Source: a virus
Taxonomy: Duplodnaviria > Caudoviricetes
Strand: one strand, 5' to 3'
Length of the DNA stretch: 64,000 nt
Virus record (IMG/VR): IMGVR_UViG_3300048995_000011
Span: 26,794 to 90,793 of that record
The notes under the pieces were generated by a model. The model saw nothing but the letters and a program-made list of their open reading frames with translations, searched no databases and was not told where the DNA came from. The position numbers were made by a program, and so were the translations under genes. Below are positions 46,314 through 55,565 of this stretch, piece by piece. Numbering within the stretch: position 1 is the first letter of the stretch; each line of letters opens with the position of its first letter.

Positions 46314-46750
46314 TGGGCGTCTTCAAACGGGCTTCCGAGAAGGTCGACCAGATCATCCGCGAAGAGGTCGACGAGCCGCGCCGGCTGGCCGCAGATGACC
46401 GATTCCTTGACACCGTCGGCCAGGGCGACACCCCCGACACGGATGTGCTGTCCGTGCTGCTCGGGGAGTGGCGTCGTGGCATCGACAGCGAACCCCTCGG
46501 CCTGGACGGCACCGAGAACCCTGTGGTGGACACGGGCCGCGACACGAGGCCGGCGCGCACCCGAGCCCTGTCCCCGTGGAAGTCGACGTTCACCCCACGC
46601 CGGTTCTGGGCGCTGATCCTCATCGGCCCACTCACTGCGGTCCTGATCGGCCTGTGGTTCCGGGCCACCACCCCCGACCCTATCCGCCCCCACACCAATG
46701 ATGGGGCGCAGATCGTCAACGTGATCGGCCGCCCCGGAGGTGCCCGGTGA
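46310..46750 (+). CDS. membrane protein
   Basis: C-terminal TM segment FWALILIGPLTAVLIGLWF. Confidence 0.6.
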   Translation: MMGVFKRASEKVDQIIREEVDEPRRLAADDRFLDTVGQGDTPDTDVLSVLLGEWRRGIDSEPLGLDGTENPVVDTGRDTRPARTRALSPWKSTFTPRRFWALILIGPLTAVLIGLWFRATTPDPIRPHTNDGAQIVNVIGRPGGAR

Positions 46751-47307
46751 CCAGGCAGATCATCGTCGTGGACGTCGAGACCAGCGGCCTCGACCCAAAG
46801 ATTCACGTCGTGGTTGAGGTGGCGTGGCGGAACCTTGTCACCGATGAGTCGGGGCTGTTCGTGCCCAGCCACAACCCAGAGGTCGTGCTCCTCCGAGCCG
46901 AGCCGAAGGCGCTGGAACTGAATGGTTACCACGAACGCATCGCGGGACGCCCGCAGGACACCAACGGCACCGCAACGAAACGGCTCCACGAGGCGCTGAA
47001 GGGAAACACCCTCGCGGGGTCGAACCCAGCGTTTGACGCCAAGTTCCTCCGCCGCGAGTTCAACCTTTGGTGCCTGCGTCGGGGGCCGGCGGAGCCGTGG
47101 CACCACCGGATGCTGGACGTCTCCGCCTACGCGGCTGGGGTGCTGGGTATCGACCCGACGGAGTTGCCGGGACTGTCCACGGTGTGCGAGCGGCTGGGCG
47201 TGAAGAACAAGGCCCCACACGCCGCCATGGGAGACGTTGCCGCCACCGCTGAGTGCTTCCGTCGCCTCATCGCCATGAACGTTGAGCGGGCGGCGGTGAC
47301 CCCATGA
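46747..47307 (+). CDS. DnaQ-like DEDDh 3'-5' exonuclease
   Basis: VVDVETSGLD, GSNPAFD, RMLDV and HAAMGDV motifs. Confidence 0.9.
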   Translation: MTRQIIVVDVETSGLDPKIHVVVEVAWRNLVTDESGLFVPSHNPEVVLLRAEPKALELNGYHERIAGRPQDTNGTATKRLHEALKGNTLAGSNPAFDAKFLRREFNLWCLRRGPAEPWHHRMLDVSAYAAGVLGIDPTELPGLSTVCERLGVKNKAPHAAMGDVAATAECFRRLIAMNVERAAVTP

Positions 47308-47372
47308 ACACATTGAAGGGCGCGCGGGTGCAGACCGAGATCGAATGGACCGACGAGGTGTGCCGTGGGTAG
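47304..47372 (+). pseudogene. N-terminal remnant of a DUF5131 gene
   Basis: MNTLKGARVQTEIEWTDEVCRG* resembles the DUF5131 start TSIEWATDVW. Confidence 0.5.
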
Positions 47373-47856
47373 CGCCGAAGGTGTGCTCCAGACGGCGGCG
47401 TCCCGATTCGGCATGACGCTCGAGGCCTACCGGGCCAAGCTCGCCGCTGGTGAACTCCACTGCCTCCGCTGTCGGTCGTGGCACCCCGCCGACGACTTCG
47501 CTCTCGACCGCTCGCGAGGACGCGGCCGAGCCGCGTCGTGCAAGCAGTCGCAGAATGCGCACCAACGGGAGACCTACGAGCCGACGCCGCGTCCGGAGCC
47601 CGGGCGCCGCTACGTGGCCGCGCGAGACGACGATCAGAAGCAGGCTCGGCGCAGAGTCAACTACCTCGTCGATGCTGGCCTGCTGCCGTCGCCGAACAGG
47701 CTTCCGTGCACCGACTGCGGCCACGTCTGGACTGCTGGCGAGCGACGACACGAGTACGACCACCACCTCGGTTACTCAGCCGAGCACCACGAATCCGTCG
47801 AGCCCGTGTGCACCTCGTGCCACCACCGACGCGAGAACGAACGGAGGGCCGCCTGA
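47365..47856 (+). CDS. HNH-like endonuclease
   Basis: CLRC, CTDCGH...HEYDHHLGY...VEPVCTSCH. Confidence 0.7.
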   Translation: MGSAEGVLQTAASRFGMTLEAYRAKLAAGELHCLRCRSWHPADDFALDRSRGRGRAASCKQSQNAHQRETYEPTPRPEPGRRYVAARDDDQKQARRRVNYLVDAGLLPSPNRLPCTDCGHVWTAGERRHEYDHHLGYSAEHHESVEPVCTSCHHRRENERRAA

Positions 47857-49010
47857 TGGCGTCGACATCCATAGAGTGGGCCACGGACGTCTGGAACCCC
47901 ACGACGGGATGCGACCGCGTCTCGCCAGGATGTGACCACTGCTACGCGATGACGATGGCGAAACGTCTCAGGGGCATGGGTTCGGCGAAATACCAGAACG
48001 ACGGTGACCCGCGCACCAGCGGCCCCGGCTTCGGCGCAGCGATGCATCCCGACGCGCTCGGCCTGCCGCTGACGTGGCGGAAGCCGCGCCGGATCTTCGT
48101 CAACAGCATGAGCGATCTCTTCCACGAGAAGTTCACTGACGAGTTCATCGCCCGTGTCTTAGCGGTGATGGCGACCTGCCCGCAGCACACGTTCCAGATC
48201 CTGACCAAGCGGCACGCCCGGATGCGGTCGTTCCTCCGCGACGAGTGCCAGTGCGGCTCGCAGCACCCGGCAGGCGTGCACGTCAACTCGGCGATGCACT
48301 GGGCCGCCACACCGCACAGCCCGACCTACGTTCCGGGCGTCACGGACGACGCGGTCCGCCGCGCCGGCTGGCCGCTCCGGAACGTGTGGATGGGCGTGTC
48401 CACTGAGGACCAGAAGTGGGCGGACATCCGGATCCCGGCGCTGCTCGACACCCCAGCCGCGGTGCGGTTCCTGTCGTGCGAGCCGCTGCTGGGCCCGGTG
48501 AACCTGGCCAAGTGGATGCCGGGCGGATTCGCCCGCTGGCAGTGCGGCGGCTGCCGTCGTTACTTCTCCGGCGAGCTGGAGAACATCTGCCCGAGCTGTG
48601 ACCGTGAGGGCTACTGGTCGGGTAGTCACACCGGCAACGGCCGCCCGAACGGCCAGCCCATCAGCTGGATCATCGTGGGCGGGGAGTCCGGGCCCGGCGC
48701 TCGGCCGATGCACCCGGACTGGGTCCGCGCGCTGCGCGACCAGTGCACCACCGCTGGCGTCGCCTTCCACTTCAAGCAATGGGGAAACTGGGCACCCGCA
48801 TGGGACCGCCCGCTCCTCGGCGACGTGTGGGTGCGACCCGACGGCAGCACTCGGCCGTGGGAGCCCAGCGACGGGCACACCCGCTCCGGGCTCTCCGAGT
48901 TCCGCGACTGGCAGGAAGCCGCCCTGATGCGCCGTGCAGCCAAAAAGGTCGCCGGCCGGGAGCTGGACGGTCGTACTTGGGACGAGTTCCCTGCAGGGGT
49001 GGTGTCGTGA
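47856..49010 (+). CDS. DUF5131 (phage Gp37/Gp68) family protein
   Basis: IEWATDVWNPTTGCDRVSPGCDHCYA, FVNSMSDLFH, RFLSCEPLLG, WIIVGGESG and FHFKQWG. Confidence 0.92.
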   Translation: MASTSIEWATDVWNPTTGCDRVSPGCDHCYAMTMAKRLRGMGSAKYQNDGDPRTSGPGFGAAMHPDALGLPLTWRKPRRIFVNSMSDLFHEKFTDEFIARVLAVMATCPQHTFQILTKRHARMRSFLRDECQCGSQHPAGVHVNSAMHWAATPHSPTYVPGVTDDAVRRAGWPLRNVWMGVSTEDQKWADIRIPALLDTPAAVRFLSCEPLLGPVNLAKWMPGGFARWQCGGCRRYFSGELENICPSCDREGYWSGSHTGNGRPNGQPISWIIVGGESGPGARPMHPDWVRALRDQCTTAGVAFHFKQWGNWAPAWDRPLLGDVWVRPDGSTRPWEPSDGHTRSGLSEFRDWQEAALMRRAAKKVAGRELDGRTWDEFPAGVVS

Positions 49011-49234
49011 TCTCCCCCCTGCAGGGCGCCCGTGTGCGCGTCAACGCCGGCGTCACCATCGGAAAACGGGACGGGGTGAACCCGCCCATCGACATCGGCG
49101 GGAAAACCGGCCCGGTTCTGTGGGCGCGGGAAACCACCGCCGGCACCGCCGCTGCCGTCGACATCGGCTTACGGGAAACGGTGTTCCTCAACGGTGACCT
49201 GCTCACCGTCATCACCCCCGCGGAGGTGTCGTGA
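49007..49234 (+). CDS. hypothetical protein
   Basis: GTGA overlap. Confidence 0.55.
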   Translation: MISPLQGARVRVNAGVTIGKRDGVNPPIDIGGKTGPVLWARETTAGTAAAVDIGLRETVFLNGDLLTVITPAEVS

Positions 49235-49449
49235 TGGACACCCCCCTGACACCCCGCATGTTGCAGTGCCTCTGCCACGCCTCCCGCGGCATGACAGACC
49301 GGGACATAGCCGCACACCTGGGTGTGGCGGAGGCGACCGTCCACAGGACCCTCGCTAACGCCTACAAACTCCTCGGCGTCCGTAGCCGGGCACACGCCGT
49401 CCGGGAATGTTTCGACCGCGGCATCTTCAAGCCTGGAGGGAAGTCGTGA
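49231..49449 (+). CDS. LuxR-type HTH protein
   Basis: LTPRMLQCL...GMTDRDIAAHLGVAEATVHRTLANAYKLLGVRSRAHAV. Confidence 0.85.
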   Translation: MMDTPLTPRMLQCLCHASRGMTDRDIAAHLGVAEATVHRTLANAYKLLGVRSRAHAVRECFDRGIFKPGGKS

Positions 49450-50486
49450 AGCCGGCTATGCCCGCGATCCTCCGCGGTGACGCCCGCAACCTTCCGCTGC
49501 CCGACGCGAGCGTCGACCTCATCGTCACGTCCCCGCCGTACTTCGGGCTGCGGTCCTACACCGACGGTGGCGAGCACTACGACGGCCAGCTCGGCGCGGA
49601 GGCCTCACCACGCGAGTTCGTCGACGCACTGCTCGCCTGCACCCGCGAGATGGTCCGCGTGATCAAGCCGACCGGCTCGATCTTCGTCAACCTCGGCGAC
49701 AAGTACTCCGGTGCCCAGGGCCAGACGCAGACGGGCATCAAGGGCCGACGGCACGTGACCGACTCGGCCGCGACCTGGCGCCAGACCGATCCCCGCCGGA
49801 CAGGCATCCCGAACAAGAGCCTCATGCTGCTGCCGGAGCGGTACCGCATCGCGTGCGTCGACGAGCTCGGCCTGATCGTGCGCGCCGTGATCGTGTGGTC
49901 GAAGCCGAACGGCATGCCGGAATCGGCGACGGACCGCGTGCGCCGCTCGCACGAGGACTGGGTGCACCTGGTCAAGCAGCCCCGCTACTTCGCCGCCGTC
50001 GACGAGATCCGCAACCCACCGTCCGGCTACTTCCGGCCCAACGGCACCGGCCGCGAGGCTCGAGGCGGGCAGAAGGCCCGGAAGATGCTCGACGCCGTCA
50101 ACCCGCCCGGGCGTGTGCCTGGCTCCGTCTGGGAGATCCCGACCCAGCCGCTGCGCGTGCCCGACCACCTCGATGTGGACCACTTCGCCGCCGGCCCGAT
50201 GGAGTGGCCCCGTCGCATCATCAAGGGCTGGTGCCCGCCCGGCGGCGTCGTGCTCGATCCGTTCGGCGGGACCGGCACCACAGCGCTCGTCGCCACCATG
50301 CACGGCCGCCACGGGATCTCCGTCGACCTATCCGCCGACTACTGCCGCCTGGCCGAGTGGCGCGCGACGGACGCGAAGGAAAGGGCCCGCGCCGCCGGAC
50401 TCGACCCCGACGCTGTCGCGCGTATCAGCCCGGAGATCCCTGGCCAGGAGTCCATATTCGACCTGTTTGGAGGTATGGCGTCGTGA
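49446..50486 (+). CDS. DNA methyltransferase (N4-C/N6-A, beta class)
   Basis: DLIVTSPPY catalytic motif precedes VLDPFGGTGTT SAM-binding motif. Confidence 0.92.
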   Translation: MKPAMPAILRGDARNLPLPDASVDLIVTSPPYFGLRSYTDGGEHYDGQLGAEASPREFVDALLACTREMVRVIKPTGSIFVNLGDKYSGAQGQTQTGIKGRRHVTDSAATWRQTDPRRTGIPNKSLMLLPERYRIACVDELGLIVRAVIVWSKPNGMPESATDRVRRSHEDWVHLVKQPRYFAAVDEIRNPPSGYFRPNGTGREARGGQKARKMLDAVNPPGRVPGSVWEIPTQPLRVPDHLDVDHFAAGPMEWPRRIIKGWCPPGGVVLDPFGGTGTTALVATMHGRHGISVDLSADYCRLAEWRATDAKERARAAGLDPDAVARISPEIPGQESIFDLFGGMAS

Positions 50487-50677
50487 CCGAGCGCATCGTC
50501 TCCGCCACCCCTGTCCGCTGGTGTCCGTTCTGTGGCACACCCGCCACCCTCACCGAGGAGGAGTGGCGGGAGATCGAGCGGATGCCGCTGGTCGACAAGC
50601 CGCTTGTCGTGTGCGGCTACGAGGACTGCCTCCGAGCCCCCCACGTGTGGCTCACCACCCCAAGAGGTGAGGCATGA
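50483..50677 (+). CDS. small Cys-rich protein
   Basis: WCPFCG...VCGYEDC. Confidence 0.55.
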   Translation: MTERIVSATPVRWCPFCGTPATLTEEEWREIERMPLVDKPLVVCGYEDCLRAPHVWLTTPRGEA

Positions 50678-51477
50678 GCAGCCCCAGGAAAGAATGCATC
50701 CACGGGGCGTGCACACGGGTACCGACACGGGGACCGTACTGCCAACCCCACCACGAATACTTGAAGGCCATCGGCGAGGTCGGCTACTTCCCCAAGGACG
50801 TGGTGACGGCACACGTGGATGTGCTCATCGCGGCGGGCATGTACCTGCAGGACATCGCCGAAGCGGCCCGGGTGCATCGCTCCACGGTGCAAGAGGTGCG
50901 CTGTGCCCGAACGGGAACGATCCGGGCCGACTGTGCCCGCCGCATACTCGCCGTCGCACCCGTGGTGAAACCGTCCCGAAACAGTGGTGACGGCCGGGCG
51001 GTAGTACGCCGGGTGCGGGCGTTGCAATGCCGGGCGTTCACGGTGCCAGATATCGCTGGCCATGCCGGGTTGAAGCCGCGTTCGCTGGCGGTGGCGGTGG
51101 ATCGGGGTTCCGCGTCCATCGCCACTGAGCGGGCTGTACGCCGCGTGTACCCCGAGCTTTGCACCCAGTGGGGCACGTCGAAGCGGACGGCGACCATCGC
51201 GAAGAAGAATGGGTTCGTCCCCCCGGCTGGCTGGGATGACATCGACAACGATCCCGAGCCGGCTGTCGCCCTTGAGCCGGTGATCGACGAGGTCGCGATC
51301 CGGCGCGTGTTCGCTGGTGGGGATCACCGGATCTTGCGGGTCGACGAGAAACGAGAGCTGTTCCGGATCGCGACCGAGGAGAAGGGGTGGCCCCCGTATC
51401 GGGCGGCGGAACTTCTGCATTGGTCGCCGGGGACACTGCGGAACGCGCAAAAGGCTATCGGGCAGGTGGCGGCATGA
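50674..51477 (+). CDS. multi-HTH DNA-binding protein
   Basis: LIAAGMYLQDIAEAARVHRSTV; PPAGWDDID motif. Confidence 0.7.
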   Translation: MSSPRKECIHGACTRVPTRGPYCQPHHEYLKAIGEVGYFPKDVVTAHVDVLIAAGMYLQDIAEAARVHRSTVQEVRCARTGTIRADCARRILAVAPVVKPSRNSGDGRAVVRRVRALQCRAFTVPDIAGHAGLKPRSLAVAVDRGSASIATERAVRRVYPELCTQWGTSKRTATIAKKNGFVPPAGWDDIDNDPEPAVALEPVIDEVAIRRVFAGGDHRILRVDEKRELFRIATEEKGWPPYRAAELLHWSPGTLRNAQKAIGQVAA

Positions 51478-52013
51478 GCGAGATGCGCAGCGACCAGGCC
51501 CGTGGCTTGGTGGTCGCCACCGATGGATCCGTGCGTATCGGGCGGTCTGTCCACATCGGCTGCGCCTACCTGGACGATGCGGGCGACTGGTGGATGGAGT
51601 GGGTCGTTCGCGGTCGCCGGCAGCCTGGCACGAATCTTTCGCTGCAGGCCGAGTTGCGGGCGATCCGTAACGCAACCACGAAACATGAGCATCGGGTCAC
51701 GGTCCTCTCCGACTGTCTGGAAGCGGTGCGGTTGATGGAACGCTGGCGGGCGGGGGACTTGGCACCGATCCCCGGGTATTGCGGGCGCACATTGAACAAC
51801 TTCGCTCGGCGTGTGTCCCAAACGGGGGAGCTGTTCGACGTGCAGTGGACGCGCGGTCATCACGGGCATGCGTTGAACGAGGGCGCGGACGCGTTGGCGC
51901 GGTTGGCGTCGCGACATTTGAAGGACGGTGTGCCGGTGCGGGAGACCAGGAGGCGTGCTGCGGGGATCGCTGCGGCGTTCTCGGGCAGCTTCATAGAAGC
52001 GGTACCGGCGTGA
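51474..52013 (+). CDS. RNase HI-like protein, copy 1
   Basis: ATDGS, QAELRAI, VLSDC, WTRGHHGHALNEGADALA. Confidence 0.85.
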   Translation: MSEMRSDQARGLVVATDGSVRIGRSVHIGCAYLDDAGDWWMEWVVRGRRQPGTNLSLQAELRAIRNATTKHEHRVTVLSDCLEAVRLMERWRAGDLAPIPGYCGRTLNNFARRVSQTGELFDVQWTRGHHGHALNEGADALARLASRHLKDGVPVRETRRRAAGIAAAFSGSFIEAVPA

Positions 52014-52555
52014 CCATCACCGTGTCCAACAAGAAGGCTCGTGGCACGATCGTCGCGACCGACGCCTCGGTGCTGTACGGACACCCCTGCCACGTGGGCA
52101 TGGCCTACCTGGATGACCTGGGGGACTGGTGGCTCCTGTCCTACCAGCAGCCGCCGGACCGGAACGACACGAGCCTGTCCATGCACGCCGAGCTGAAAGC
52201 TATCCGGGCCGCGTGGCGCAGACACAAGCATCCGATCACAGTGCTGTCAGATTCACGGGACGCGGTGGGCTTGGTGTGCGCCTGGCAACAGGGCGACCTT
52301 CGGCCGGTGCCGAACTACGAGGGCAACGGGCTCAACACGTTCGCCCGCCGTATCGCTGAGGATCCCGAGCGGATCCGCATCGAGTGGGTGAGGGGACATG
52401 CGGGTCACGTGCTGCACGACGGTGCTGATCGCCTGTCTCGGCTTGCTTCTACTGCGGCGCGGGATCAGAGGCCCAGTGGTGAGGTGCGCGGGGTTGCGAA
52501 ACGGATCTCCGCTTACCGAACCGAAGTGTTGATGCAAGAAGAGGTGGCGGCCTGA
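52010..52555 (+). CDS. RNase HI-like protein, copy 2
   Basis: ATDAS, HAELKAI, VLSDS, WVRGHAGHVLHDGADRLS. Confidence 0.85.
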   Translation: MTITVSNKKARGTIVATDASVLYGHPCHVGMAYLDDLGDWWLLSYQQPPDRNDTSLSMHAELKAIRAAWRRHKHPITVLSDSRDAVGLVCAWQQGDLRPVPNYEGNGLNTFARRIAEDPERIRIEWVRGHAGHVLHDGADRLSRLASTAARDQRPSGEVRGVAKRISAYRTEVLMQEEVAA

Positions 52556-52860
52556 TGGGCGGGTTGAAGCGGAGCGTGCCACGCCATGACGTGTTGGCCG
52601 CGGTGAAGGCCGGGCTGGTTGGAGTCCGCGTCCGCAACATGCGCGGGGAGTTGTACTTCCGCGCGTGGGGTGTGGTCGGTGATGACGAACGTGCGCTGCG
52701 GTGGCTGGCGAAGTCGCGGGGGCTACGGGAGATCCAGTACCAGCCCGGGCGGGTCGAGAACCCTGTGGTCCTGTCTCCCCTGGGGAGGGACTACCTCGAG
52801 GCGTGGGACGAGAAGCACGGCCCCTCCAACATCGAGAAGACGCTAAGGAAGCTGGCATGA
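52555..52860 (+). CDS. hypothetical protein
   Basis: TGATG coupling. Confidence 0.6.
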   Translation: MGGLKRSVPRHDVLAAVKAGLVGVRVRNMRGELYFRAWGVVGDDERALRWLAKSRGLREIQYQPGRVENPVVLSPLGRDYLEAWDEKHGPSNIEKTLRKLA

Positions 52861-53069
52861 GCACCGAAATCAAGCGGATCAATGTCGCAGTGACACCGAA
52901 GACCGTGAAGGCGCTGGCAAACCTGGCCGAGCGGGAAGGCGTGACGCTGACCGAAGCGCTCCGTCGACTCGTCGGCTACGGCGACTTCATCTACCGGGCA
53001 AGTAGGGAAGACCGGCAGACGGTCGCCATCGGCGATGGGGATAACGCCCAGGAAGTCATCCTGTTGTGA
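52857..53069 (+). CDS. ribbon-helix-helix (CopG-like) protein
   Basis: KRINVAVTPKTVKALANLAEREGVTLTEALRR. Confidence 0.75.
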   Translation: MSTEIKRINVAVTPKTVKALANLAEREGVTLTEALRRLVGYGDFIYRASREDRQTVAIGDGDNAQEVILL

Positions 53070-53428
53070 GCGTGGAGAGCCGGCGTCACCTGTGGAACCT
53101 GGACCAGGAGTACGCGGCGAGGGCAGCAGAGACCCGGGAGACGTATCGGGAGGCTGCCCGCACGGAGGCCGCGCACAAGAAGGCGCGGGCGAAGGCAGCG
53201 CTGCGGTTCAAGGAATCGGGGGAGCGCATGTCGGTTGCCGAGGCGGAGTTGCGGGCGGAGGCAGACGACGCGCTCGGGGCGCTGTACGAGGCCCGTCTGG
53301 TCGCGGCGGCCGACAAGGAATCCCTCGCGGATGTTTTGCGGTCGCTGCGGCAGCGGTGCGCGAACGGGCAAACGTTCATCGCTGATGAGCGGGAAGTGGA
53401 CCACGGACACGGAAGGAACGGCGCGTGA
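53066..53428 (+). CDS. helical hypothetical protein
   Basis: Ala/Glu/Arg-rich coiled coil; MSVAEAE motif. Confidence 0.6.
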   Translation: MSVESRRHLWNLDQEYAARAAETRETYREAARTEAAHKKARAKAALRFKESGERMSVAEAELRAEADDALGALYEARLVAAADKESLADVLRSLRQRCANGQTFIADEREVDHGHGRNGA

Positions 53429-53616
53429 TGGCTGAACCCCTTATGACCGATCGGTCTGACAAGGTTGACCTGGTTCGGCTTCCCGTCGATTTCGTCGTCC
53501 GCTGCCTCGTGCCGTTCCTCATCGGTGCGCGTCCTCAGATTGAACAGCGCAACTACGAGGACGTAGCCCATACGCTCGACGAGCTCATCCGCGAGAACTG
53601 GGGTGTGCGCTCGTGA
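53425..53616 (+). CDS. hypothetical protein
   Basis: Coupled ORF. Confidence 0.5.
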   Translation: MMAEPLMTDRSDKVDLVRLPVDFVVRCLVPFLIGARPQIEQRNYEDVAHTLDELIRENWGVRS

Positions 53617-53650
53617 GCCGTCCCATTCTGGCGCTCGCTGGGAGCCCATC

Positions 53651-54196
53651 GTGAAGCGGTCGGAGCCGTTGAAGCGCGGCGATGGCCTGAAGCGTGTCAC
53701 TCCTCTCCATGCCCGTTCCGAGCCCCAGCGCACAGGGTCGAAGCCGAAGGTGAAGCGGCGGAAGCCGGGTGAGGCAGCGGCGGAGAAGCGGGCGCGGGCT
53801 GTGGTGCGGGAACGTAGCGGCGGCATGTGCGAGGTGGCCGTGCCCGGCGTGTGCATGGGGAGAGCCACGAACTACCAGCATCGCAAGAATCGCAGCCAGG
53901 GCGGCGAGTACAGCCCCTCCGCGGCCTTGGACTGCTGCGGGAGTGGAACTCAGGGATGCCATGGGTATCTGCATGCACATCCTGCTGTGGCGTACCGGTG
54001 GGGTTGGTCGGTGCGGCAACACCACGACCCGGCAGGGATCCCGGTACGGCTGGCCAATGGCGGGTGGCCGATGTGGTTCTTCCTCCGCGAGGACGGCTCG
54101 ACTGAACCGGTGTCGTATGACGACCTGTTGGCGTTGCGGGAGCGGTTCGGGTTGGCGGATGTGGAGTGGATCGACACAGCGAAGGAGGCGTCGTGA
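53651..54196 (+). CDS. HNH-like endonuclease
   Basis: RSGGMCE...C...ATNYQHRKNRSQGG...CCGSGTQGCHGYLHAHP. Confidence 0.75.
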   Translation: MKRSEPLKRGDGLKRVTPLHARSEPQRTGSKPKVKRRKPGEAAAEKRARAVVRERSGGMCEVAVPGVCMGRATNYQHRKNRSQGGEYSPSAALDCCGSGTQGCHGYLHAHPAVAYRWGWSVRQHHDPAGIPVRLANGGWPMWFFLREDGSTEPVSYDDLLALRERFGLADVEWIDTAKEAS

Positions 54197-54342
54197 CGCA
54201 CGGATTGGGCACGGAGCAGGAGTTCTTGGGGAACACCCCGGATCTCACCCCGATCCTCTTCGGAGACCACCTGGACCCCGACACGGGATTGATCGACTTC
54301 GACAGCTTCCAGCAGGCCGTGAACGAAAGGCTGGCGTCATGA
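54193..54342 (+). CDS. hypothetical protein
   Basis: AAGGAGG RBS; overlaps both neighbours. Confidence 0.5.
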   Translation: MTHGLGTEQEFLGNTPDLTPILFGDHLDPDTGLIDFDSFQQAVNERLAS

Positions 54343-54677
54343 CCGAGGCTGCTGAGGATATGGGCTACTACCGGTCCCTGGCCGAGATGGACTGGTTGGT
54401 GACGAAGAGTTGGAACCGTCTGCATCACGCCGCCCTCTCGGATGACGAGCTACTGCATCTGTTGGACCAGGCCGAGATTCCCGGGCCCATCATCCTCTCC
54501 TGCGGTCGTACAGCGGCCTTGGTTGCCATCCCTGGTGTCTTTACCCGCATGGGAGCGCCACGATGCACGGGCTGCGGCAAGGCCCTCGGGTATCCGCAGG
54601 GCAAGGGTTCACCGAAGAACGACGGCGCGTGCAGGGCCATGCTCGGGCTGGATGACGAAACGAAGGGGGCAGCGTGA
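54339..54677 (+). CDS. zinc-binding hypothetical protein
   Basis: RLH...LSCG...RCTGC. Confidence 0.6.
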   Translation: MTEAAEDMGYYRSLAEMDWLVTKSWNRLHHAALSDDELLHLLDQAEIPGPIILSCGRTAALVAIPGVFTRMGAPRCTGCGKALGYPQGKGSPKNDGACRAMLGLDDETKGAA

Positions 54678-54732
54678 GCGACGAGCTGGAGTCCGCCAAA
54701 GCTCGCATCAAGGAGCTCGAAGAGGTGATCCG

Positions 54733-55188
54733 GTGAGCGAGGACACGTCCCGTGAGGTTCGCGGCATCTGCTGGAACAGGGACCCAGACCTGTGGTTCTC
54801 GAAGGACCCGGGCGAGCAGGCGAAGGCGAAAACGATCTGCCTGGAGCAGTGCGCGCGCCTGGCGATCTGTCGCGGTGAGGCGCTCGCCAACCCCCACACG
54901 CACGGGATCCTCGCCGGGATGACCCCGAAGGAATGCGGCGACATCAAAAGTGGGAAGCGGCCACTGGTGCTGGTCCCCCCACCCACGACTCCGCCGGCAC
55001 CGAAGCGTCCTGTGCTGACCCCACGGAACCTTGAGGTGCAGCGACTGTCGAGGCAAGGGCTGACAGTCGAGAAAATCGCCGCCCGGTTGGGGCTGCACCC
55101 GTCGACGGTGTCTCGGGATCGGGACAAGATCCGTCGGGTGAAGGCGTGGGATGACCAGTACGGCGGGCAGGAGGCCACGGCTGCGTAG
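54733..55188 (+). CDS. whiB: WhiB-family regulator with C-terminal HTH
   Basis: C..DPDLWF...AKTIC..C...C...HGILAG pattern, followed by GLTVEKIAARLGLHPSTVSRD. Confidence 0.85.
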   Translation: MSEDTSREVRGICWNRDPDLWFSKDPGEQAKAKTICLEQCARLAICRGEALANPHTHGILAGMTPKECGDIKSGKRPLVLVPPPTTPPAPKRPVLTPRNLEVQRLSRQGLTVEKIAARLGLHPSTVSRDRDKIRRVKAWDDQYGGQEATAA

Positions 55189-55257
55189 ACCAGCATCGCG
55201 TCGGGGGCCGGCGTCGGGGACACAGCGAGAGAGTGCGGACGGGAAGGGTAGGCCCTC

Positions 55258-55501
55258 GGTGGGTAGCAGGGGCGCCAGAACAGGCGACAGAGACGAGGTC
55301 GCGGCAGCAGTGGGGGATGCTCTGCTGCGGGCGGGTGTAGCGAAAGCGGGGGCGTGGGTACAGGGGTGGGTGATTGTGGCGGAGGTGGCGGATCCGGATG
55401 GGGGACCGGATCAGGTGGTGTGGATCCCGGATCACGGCACTGACGATGCGATGCAGGCGGACCTGATGCGGAGGGCACAGGAACGCATGGAATCCCGCTA
55501 G
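55258..55501 (+). CDS. hypothetical protein
   Basis: Plausible ORF (DEVAAAVGDALLRAG...GWVIVAEV); start uncertain. Confidence 0.4.
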
Positions 55502-55565
55502 TGAGGGGATGCAGCGAAAGAGGGCCTGACGCTCACCGGCGTCGTGCCCTCTTTCTCGCGTGCGG

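Noticed and set aside
49446-50486. Restriction-modification system
   Set aside because: No adjacent restriction endonuclease is recognisable; this is an orphan phage methyltransferase.
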